Origin: Phaeosaccion multiseriatum
Taxonomy: Eukaryota > Protista > Ochrophyta, other classes
NCBI GenBank assembly: GCA_965112735.1
Contig: OZ218957.1
Coordinates: forward strand, 1,364,001 to 1,428,000
Direction of reading: 5' to 3'
DNA: 64,000 nucleotides
Below, in pieces: positions 53,233-62,176 of this stretch (position 1 is its first letter; the number at the start of each line of letters is the position of its first letter). The position numbers were made by a program, and so were the translations under genes. A model generated the notes under the pieces. That model did not search any database and was not told where the DNA came from. It saw only the letters and a program-made list of their open reading frames with translations.

Positions 53233-54714
53233 ATGAAGGGTATTAATGCGTGGCGCGCACTCATCTTTGCCGGTATGCAGTGGAGCCGAGCCGGTAAGTC
53301 GCTCTTGCTTCCGCGCAACATCATTTTCCTTCTTCATGGAGGTCATAACTGTCGCCCGATTCCAGACGACGCTCACCCTCACCACCCAAGAAAAGGCAGC
53401 CCCCCTAACCACCGTGTGCGATGCGCTTGACCTGCTGTCTCCCGCTTTTTGGACTTGCTTGGTGCTCGAGCAGGAGCAGACACACTCGACTTCGTGACTA
53501 CCTCTTCGACGGCAGAGAGAGCGATCGTGCTCGATACCTATGTATTCCCAAGTGCTCAGGTATGTTTCATGCACACACATCCGCCCGCAAACACTTGCTG
53601 GGCCACTCTAAATGAGAGTTCTCTCTGGTTTCTCTCCCAACCCCTCCCTCTGGCAGCCACCTGTGCTGGAGCTGGAGACAGCAATAGTGATGGGACTGGA
53701 AGACGACACGATAGACATCAGGGTGATTAATGTCCATGCAAACGATACCGACGAAGGACGCGAGAGCGTGAGCCTCGCCGTGCATCTATCTGACGACACC
53801 ATGGCGTACGTGTCTCAGCTCATGTACGATGGGGAGGACCTGCTGGGCGATAATGCCGTGATGGACTCTGAGACCGACGAATGGACAGTGTCAATACCCT
53901 CAAATATTGTGGACGAGGAAGAGGGCACTATCCAGGTGGTGGCCTCACCGGACTGGTCCGGCGTGCTGAGCATGGATCTAGTGGCCACTTCCTCAGAGGC
54001 ACGGTACGACTCGACGGCATCTACTACGGTATCTGTGGAGCTCGTGGTGGCGCCTGTGGCTGACGCTCCTTGGGTTGACGTCATGGTGGTGAACAGCACT
54101 GTGATCGGAGAGAAGGACCAACGTGTGAATGTAACCTGGTTCGACCTTCGTTCGGTTGACTCGGACGGATCGGAGAGCGCGTCTGTGGAGGTGCGTGTGT
54201 GCAAGGGAGGGGGGGTGGCAGTGGATGGGCGGGGGGGGAGTATGGGAGGGGAGGAGCGGACAGACGGATGGAGGGAGAGGGGGATACTCTTAGGCTTTGG
54301 AAGGAGCTTTACTCGCCAGGAGTAGGGAGGGATGAGAAAGTGTGTAGTAGGGGAGTGGGGGGGGGAAGGGCAATAGCTCTCACCACTGACACTCTCTACC
54401 ACTCCTGACATTCAGACGCTACTGATTAGACGACTGCACTACCGCTACCGACTGACACACTCAGCACACGCCCCCCCCCCCTCCCCCCCCCCCTCCTCCT
54501 CCAACAGCTTCGTGTGCCCGACGACGGCAGTGTGAGCGGTGTGTGGCTGGGCGGTGTGGAGCTCGAGGGCACGTTGACGGAGGGCGGGAGCTGGTCCGGC
54601 GTGACGTACATGCTGGGCACGGAGGAGAGCGGCTCCTTCGGGGTGGCCATGACCAAGAGCTCGTCTCTCAGTGTGGTGGCCGTCGCCGAGGAGGCATCAG
54701 CAAGCTTTGCTTAG
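53233..54714 (+). CDS. Secreted single-unit paralogue of the giant protein's 266-aa repeat, 295 aa, circularly permuted. Exons 53233-53293, 53474-53559 (alternative acceptor 53480), 53657-54190, 54508-54714
   Basis: Four GT-AG exons total 888 nt in frame: MKGINAWRALIFAGMQWSRA|GADTLDFVTTSSTAERAIVLDTYVFPSAQ|PPVLELE...VAPVADAPWVDV...SESASVE|LRVPDDGSV...SSLSVVAVAEEASASFA*. Homology to the repeat resumes exactly at each splice junction. Confidence 0.88.
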
Positions 54715-55463
54715 ACTCCGTGTCTCTTTGTTTCGTTCGTTTTGTTTTTCGAGAGGCCACAAAACACACCCCCTGCTGGCACAACTAAAACTTGTGTGTC
54801 GCAGCCCGGTATACGTGCTCCAAAACAGTCCGGGGTATCAGTAAAGAAATACTGTACGTATAAAAATGATGTCTTACAACCCTCAGCTCCTCCCGCTGTT
54901 GTACACCCTGTTTTGCGAGTCGATGGGGAGGTGGCGCAAAAAGGAAACTCCTCCAAACCAAACGCAGTCAGATCCCCCTCTTACAACCAAAAGAGCATCC
55001 CTGGCCCTCCAAGCCCCTCCCTCCGTTGTCTCGTGTCACTGTTGTGTCGCTGTTGTGTCGCTGTGTGGAAAGGAAGGGAGAAGCGAAGCGCCGTGCCAGT
55101 TTGCGATCTTTGCGGCCGTGAGCGCGTTGGTTTGTTTAGTAGGCGTGTTATACCCTCTTTTTATTTGGGGGTGCTGCTTGGTTTGTTTGGGGGTTCTGCA
55201 TTATATAATTTATTTTTGTATGATAGCTTTCTTTTCTTATTATACTATATACTGGTGGGCAGCGCTCAGCGCTCAGGTTGGCCTTTTGCCCCTGGTGGGA
55301 CGGCTTCGAGGGCCAACAGTACGAAACGCCGAAGAGAAACAATGTGTACAGAAAATACAGATGGGTGATGGAAAGAAAGACAGATGGGTAGAACGTATCA
55401 TGTGTCTGCAACGGGAGACATGGGTACCCCAGGCGTAGACTTAAGCTCGACCACGGCTTTCGA

Positions 55464-58400
55464 CTAGCTGCTCGACCACGGCTTTCCGCAGATCCCCTTG
55501 TGGACGGGCCAATCCGCGTTCTGCACAGTGGGGAAAGGGAGAAAGAGACACACCACAGAGAGAGAGAGAGAGAGTGAGAGGGAGATAGAGAGAGAGAGAG
55601 AGAGAGACAGAGGGAGACAGAGAGAGAGGGAGAGACAGAGGCAGAGAGAGAGGGAGAGAAAGAGCGAAGCAAAGTGATTTGAGACTCCAAAGGCAATCCA
55701 ATCGCTTTGTTGAGAGACACACTCACAGAGGGAGACAGAGAGAGAGGGAGAGACAGAGGCAGAGAGAGAGAAAGTAGGAGAGAAAGAGGCAAGCAAAGTG
55801 ATTTGAGACTCCAAAGGCAATCGAATCGCTTTGTTCCGGGGGCAACAATCGAAGCCAAAGTTCCGTAGCAACCCCGTCCGCCAAGAAAGGGAGGGAAGGC
55901 GAAGACATCGGACGGCGGAGGATTCCGTCAGTCAGTCAGCCAGTCAGTCAGTCAGTCAGTCAATCGTCTGTCGCCCGCTCGCCCCCTGCCCCTCTCTCAC
56001 CTGACACTCTCTGCCGCAATAGTTAGGGCAGGGCACCCTCTTTCCCCTGCACCCTTTGCACCGCTTGAGTTTGGAGAAGGACTTGACCGACCCACACGCC
56101 TGGCACGACGCCGTGGTCTCGGGGATGAGTCGAGGCTCCTTGGCAGCGTCTGTGGCAAAGCGCATCAACCCCCGTGCCCCAATTCCCTTCTCGAGGTAGA
56201 TGGTGTCTCCCGTCTCCTTAAATTGCTCCGCCTTCTGTTGCCCTCCTCCTCCTCCTCCTCCTCCTCCTCCTCCTCCTCCTCCTCCTCCCACTGTTGCGTC
56301 GGCAAACACCCTGTCGCTCTTGCTGGCCCAGGCAGTAGCAAACATACCGTCCAGGACGCTAACCACAGGCTTGCCTCCGTCTAGAGTCGCAGCGCTGTCG
56401 GCGTAGGTTATTGCTGCTGCTCCTTCTCCTTCCGCTGGGAAGAGCTTTTGAAAGCTGCTAAAGGCGGAAGAAGCCTCTTGGAGGTACTGCTGGAGGTGAC
56501 CGTCGGACACGGTCAGAGACAGGGTCACGGCTTCTTGCTCCCACTGATTCGGTGGGTGGGTGACAGAGATGAGGGAGGGAGGGAGGGAGGGAGGGAGGGA
56601 GGGAGGGAGGGAGGGAGGAGGCAGACAGGGAGGCAGGAGGGAGTGACGGGAGGAAGACGGTCATGTAAATGTCTCCTTCACACTCGATTGCACTCGATGG
56701 ATCGTATCACCACATGATGGGAAGAACCGAGACGAGGAGGCAGCACACAGCTTCAGCCCTGCCCTTTGATGGGCCTTTTGGGGGGTATAGTTACCCAACC
56801 ACACGCACATGCTGCGCCGCTATGCAAAGCTCCAGCTGTTCCCGAACGGCGGGATACAGCTCGCCACAGCTCCGGTAGCTCTGGTCCAGGCTGAAGTGCC
56901 ACAATCTCGTTCTTGTGGTTGCCTCCACCACCATGCCGTACAGCGCACAACTGCTGTCTCGCAGCGGCATCTCTCGCACCTGAGGGGGTCGCAGTAAGAG
57001 CGGCCCCAGTAGCAAAGGGGGGAAGGTAGGCAAGAGACGCAGAGAGGCGAAGCGGGAGGAAGGGGTGGGAAGAAGGGGCGCGTAGAGTGGGGTGTGAGGG
57101 AGCAGGGCGAGAGGGAGGGCAGGCAAAGATAGACCAGAGAGAGAGAGAGAGAGAACTCCAGCGCCAACAATACAACATACAACGGACCCATTACCAATAC
57201 AACATACTACAACAGACCCATCACCAATACCACAGGCCACAACAGGCCAGAGTCACCGCAGAAGGCCGGTCTACAATATCACAGGCCACAACAGGCCAGA
57301 GTCACCGCAGAAGGCCGGTCTACAGTACCACAGGCCACAACAGGCCAGAGTCACCGCAGAAGGCCGGTCTACAGTACCACAGAACAACAACAGGCCAGGG
57401 TCACCGCAGAAGGCCGGTGCCCCCCCCCCCCCCCCTTTCATTCCATGCGCAATACCTCAACGTGAAGCTTGACGTGTCTTGGGGTGGTCGGCGACGCTGT
57501 CTCTCTCGAGGCCGTCGACATGGCTGTCGTCGTTGTCGTCGCCGCCTGGCTTGCTTGGGTTGCTTGTGTCGCTGGGGTTGCTGGTCGTCGTCTACACGAC
57601 CTTGCTCGTTCCTTGCGCTCGTGATCTGTTACTTTTCGCCTTTCTTGCTCCTCCACGCGGCTCACTTCTTCCTTGCGTTCTTGCTCCCGCCGCGCCCGAT
57701 TCTCCTCCACCCTTCTCAGGGCGGTCCTCCGGGCCTGCTCCGCCCGCTCCCGCAGCCTCTTCCTAGCTGCTGCTGCATTCACTTGTCGCATTTTTTCTGC
57801 TGCTCCTTCTTTGGGTCCTTTTGCGGTTGCTTCTTCCATTGCTGCGATTCCGCGTGCCTCTGCTGCTGCATCCAGTTGCTTGAATAATTCCATGGTTATT
57901 TCGATTGCTCCAACTCCTTCTGCCTCTGCTGCTTCGATTGCTGTGATTCCTCTTCTTTCTGCGAGGGCTCCTGCTGCTTCCTCTTCTTCTTGCTCCTTTG
58001 CTATTGCTGCTGCTGCTGCTTCGACTGCTGCTGCTGCTTGTTCTTCTAAAGCTACCGCTTTTGCTTCTGCCTCTTCCGCTACTATATTTGCCTCTTCCAA
58101 TGCTCGATCTGCGAGTACGATTGCTGATTCTCTCTCTGCCGCAGCTTCTTCTTCTGCTGCTACTGCTTCTCCTGCTGCTGCCCCATTGTCTCCCCCCTCC
58201 CCCCCCTCCCCCCCCGGGAAAACGACCCTCCCTCCCTGGACCCTGAGGCTCCTCAAACAGCGGCAACTCTGCGCAGCCTTGAGCCGATTCAAAAGCGCCT
58301 CCTGTGTCTCGCTGATGCCCTCGGCCATGTCCCTCGACGCCTGGAAGAGTCTCTTTCTCGCCTCGCGCAGCGGCTTTGACATACGGTACTTCTTCTTACC

Positions 58401-60101
58401 TACTGCAGCCAGAGAATATTTGGCACACGTGACAAAAGAAAGCAGGGCGATGATTCGAAAGCGTGATCCACAAAAGCACGTGGGGGGCGGTGGAAGGGAG
58501 AGGAGAGGGGCAGGCAGACGAGGCGTAAGAGCACAGCACATACGACGCCAGATGTAAGTCTCCAGGAGGAGTGAGGAGGGCGAAAGCTGCTGTGCTTTAC
58601 TGCGCCCCGCTAGGCTGTGGAGTGGGCGGCAGCAATCATCACCGCGCGACTACTCCTTCGAAGTAAGTGAGGCACAGGGAGGGGAGAGAGACAGACCCCT
58701 TTCGTCCCGTTGTTGTGGGCAGTGGTCAGAGAGATGAGGGGTCGACTTGCCCACTCACCTAGGCCCTTCGGCTGGAGACACCTCCAACAAATGTCGACGC
58801 CGGCGGAAACGCATATCTCGGAAACCTGCCCGTAAAACAGATTCACCAAGACCATCGGCTTGAAAGAATCCTGGATGTGTGCAGGGAGAGTAAGGGGGGG
58901 GAGGTAGAGTACGACGAGGAAGTGGGAGCGCAGCGAGCATTTGGGAGCACATGTGGAGAGAAGGTGGAGAGGAGGGGGGGGGGGGCGAGTAGGGTACGGT
59001 GAGAAGGTGGGAGGGCAGCGAGCATTCCAGACACGGATCTGTCCATTTCTCTATACACATGGCAGCAAAAATCGCTCAGGCAGCAAGAGAAGCCGCCGTA
59101 CTAGAAAATACAGAGACACTACAGATGCAGTACAGATACAGATACAGATGCAGTACAGATACAGATGCTATGGATCACCCTCACCTTCACAAACATGGCC
59201 GTGGCCTGTGAATAGTAGAAGGCTTTCGTCTCCCTGACGAGGTTGGGTGGGGTGTCTATGAGCTCGCGTACGAACTGGAGCACCAAAGGAGAAGGGGGGA
59301 ATGGTTACGGACGGAGGGTGAGTGTAGTGATTGCGGAGAGGGCGCAGCTCCGTGAGTATTCAATCAATCGTACTGCCCTTCATCAGCCAAGCCTGGAGTC
59401 CCTGTAACACTGAGCACCCACCCGCCAGGCCCTCTCCTCCTCCCCCTCTTACCTTGATAAGGTAAAATTCAGCTTCCTTGTAGATCATGTCCTTCTGCGC
59501 TTGTCCCTTTGTCCCACCCTCATAAGGAAGCCCCGTGCAGACGAGCGTTTCCAGACCCTTTTGGAGCTTCTTCGTATTACCCGGCATTGCCCCTGCAGTC
59601 CGGGCCATGGCAGTCGTAGGAGCACCGTGGTTGCAATTGTCGGCCGCGCACGCCGACCCCCCACCCCCGAAATGTTCTTGGAAGCGCCCCCACATCGCCT
59701 TTGGTAGTACATCTTTTGGGTCATCGTAGGGTAGCCCGGTGTATGCTGTGAAAACGGCAAGGTAAGACTCCGCATCGACGCACGTGTTCGTGGACAGAAG
59801 CGATTTCTGACAGAAGGGGGGGGCAACGGGGGAAGGGCGCTCAGCACAGGGCCACCCCGGTAGAAGACACTCAAACAACACACCTTACCCGATTCAAGAA
59901 AATAATGAGGGCCAGTCCGAACACGAAGGGGAGGGCGCTGAGGATAAACGGTGCCTCTGCTGCCCACGCTTCCTTGGCTACCCTCCAGGCATAGGGTAGA
60001 AAAATAAAGGCAGGAAGGATTTTGAAGAACCGCTCCAAGCTCCACACCGAGCTCCATCGGACACGCCCGTTCCGGCGGGGACGGGCGCTCAAATCGGCCA
60101 T
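55464..60101 (-). CDS. Membrane-anchored coiled-coil protein with a C-terminal MYND zinc finger, ~793 aa. Exons 60101-59889, 59806-59453, 58858-58759, 58399-57456, 56979-56809, 56543-56001, 55520-55464
   Basis: The MYND finger CQAC...LKRCKGC...YCGRECQ|NADWPVHKGIC is completed across an intron. The N-terminus has two hydrophobic helices and the middle has an Ala/Glu/Arg coiled coil. Exons total 2382 nt with consistent phases. Confidence 0.75.
57231..57418. repeat. Intronic 49-bp minisatellite, about 4 copies
   Basis: Repeated unit cacaggccacaacaggccagagtcaccgcagaaggccggtctaca(g/a)ta(c/t). Confidence 0.9.
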
Positions 60102-60432
60102 TGCAATAAGCTCGGGTTAGGGGGGGGGGGGTAGTTGGGAATCCAGTTGTGCCATTTGAGATCCGCTATCGCCGGCGCCAGCCGGCACGCTATCCGCTAT
60201 CGCCGGCGCCAGCCGGCGCGCTATCGAGAAAGTGGGCGATAGTGTATCAGGGGTCGACTATATTATTCACAGCCCCCAGCCAGGCACTTCGCCTCTCTTC
60301 TCTGCAGAAGGCAGGCACGACAATGTTTAAAAAAAAGTATAATCTGTACAAAAAAAAAAAAATTTCGCCTTCTGCAAAGGAGGAATGCCCCCCTCCCCCC
60401 CCCAGCCCTGGCTTAGGTGTGGGCTTCCACCC

Positions 60433-62049
60433 TTACAACGTCCCCACAACGGGATACAAGCGCGTCTTCTCAAACTTGTCTACCCACTCCTGCAGCGTCG
60501 TTCGCTGCTCCTCCGTCAAGTCTGACGTGTCGGGCTTGTCCAGATTCGCCGCATCAAAAGACATGAGTGCCAATGCCCGCGACGCGTCCCGACCAGCAAA
60601 CAGGTGGTAGGCTCCCCCCTTGGCATAATGAGACGATCCCCCGAAGCTCATGTCAAACACACGCCCGGCCACGCCGACTAGAATGGGCGCCGCAGCGTAC
60701 CCTGTTGGGATGGGCCCTGCTCGGATACCGAGTTATCACAGTCATGTAAGGAAGGAAGGGATGCAAGCCCCAGGTCAGAGGATATCGTCAGAGGCTGAAT
60801 CTCCTAAACACATAGACACTGGGGCTGGTGTGATGGTGTCACTATTACAATCAGCGGATCATGAATCATGTCAAGAGGTCAAGCGTCAAGTCGATGGTGG
60901 TGTCCTCCTTCTCCCTCTCTCTCTCTCTGCCCCTCTCCCGCTCTCCCCTCTCCATCCCATGTATCCCTCTCTTGCCTCTCCCGCCCCTCCCCTCCCCTCC
61001 CCTCCCCTCCCCTTCCCTCTCTCTCTGTGTCTGTCTCCCTCACCTGTGCCGTCATGCTCTCTTAGCTCCTCCACGGTGTACTTTCGTGGGTTCTCCGTGG
61101 CACTCTCCACCACCCTGCCCACTTCAGGGTACTGCTTGTAGACTTGGAAGGTCTCTATCCAGCCGTCCAGGGCCTCCCTCTCGCCGAACGACAAGTGGCC
61201 CCACCTGAGAAGCACGCAGCGCAAAGGAGTTGAAAGCGGTTCGGTTTGCTTCGATCAGTGCGTGCATAGTGGCATCTGATCAATCCAATCAGGCAAGTGG
61301 AGAGAGAGGTTGGAGTCGTCAAGACAAAAATATTCGCAGCTGCTGCATGCCCACCGACCACCACCCCCCAACTCCCTCCCACGTAGCGTCTCTCACCGAC
61401 CACCCCCACACCCGACTACCGTGCATATGAATACGGCAGCTTCCTTCCTTCCTTCCTTTCCTCCTTACTTCATGACGTTCAGGTCCGCCTCGTCGAAGCT
61501 CATCTTGGCGAGATTGGTCGTGGCGTCCCGCCCCGCAAAGACATGGTAGCTCCCCTCCGGCCCGTAGAAATCTTTGGCCTCAGAAACGTCGTACACTACT
61601 CCTTTGATGCTCACATAGATGGGCTTGCTCTCCCCTGTCTCCTTGCCATCTATACCGACCACTGGCGTTCCATCAAACTCCTTGAGCTGCGCCAGAGTGA
61701 AGTTGCGAGGAGGCTCGCTCTTCTTCTCTTCGTCTGAGGGTCAACACGGAGTGGAGGCAAAACGGGAAGGCTGATCAAAATACTCTCTCATCCTGCCGAC
61801 CGACCATTCTCTTTCTTTTCATGTCCTCCTTCCCTCTCCCGTTCTTCTTTCCTTCCTTCGCCTCTCCCCTCCTCCCATTCGGCCTCTCCTGCTCCTGTGG
61901 CCGCTCCGCCACTCACCTTCGCCTCCCCTCTTGCTCTTGCCGTGTGGAAATGGGCATTCACCTGCCCTCGCCATGCTCACGCATCTGGCAACAAGATAGG
62001 CTGCCGCCACCGTCCCCAGAGCGGCCAGCAGCGGAAGCGGAAACTCCAT
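60433..62049 (-). CDS. MAPR/PGRMC-like protein, 280 aa, with an N-terminal TM and two tandem cytochrome b5-like heme/steroid-binding domains. Exons 62049-61917, 61733-61469, 61204-61044, 60716-60433
   Basis: Domain 1: RNFTLAQLKEFDG...PIYVSIKGVVYDVS...FYGPEGSYHVFAGRDAT...KQYPEVG. Domain 2: KYTVEELREHDG...PILVGVAGRVFDMS...HYAKGGAYHLFAGRDAS...LYPVVG. 843 nt in frame. Confidence 0.92.
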
Positions 62050-62176
62050 CCCCTTCGCCACCCTGTAGTCCCGCCTACTCTTCAAAGGAAGAACCGTAAT
62101 AAAGACGGAGAGAGAGAGGAGAGAGAGAGGGATCAGAAGGGAAAGGGAAAAAGGGAAAATTGAACAGGGACAGCCG

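Noticed and set aside
53449-54714. Inverted repeat copy as an assembly artefact or pseudogene fragment
   Set aside because: It is diverged from all array units, has its own signal-peptide exon, canonical introns that restore homology exactly, and a clean stop. It is kept as a gene, although expression is unproven.
54742-55438. 208-aa and 190-aa + strand ORFs downstream of the subunit gene
   Set aside because: They have non-ATG or weak starts, no recognisable motifs and AT-richer UTR-like composition between convergent genes.
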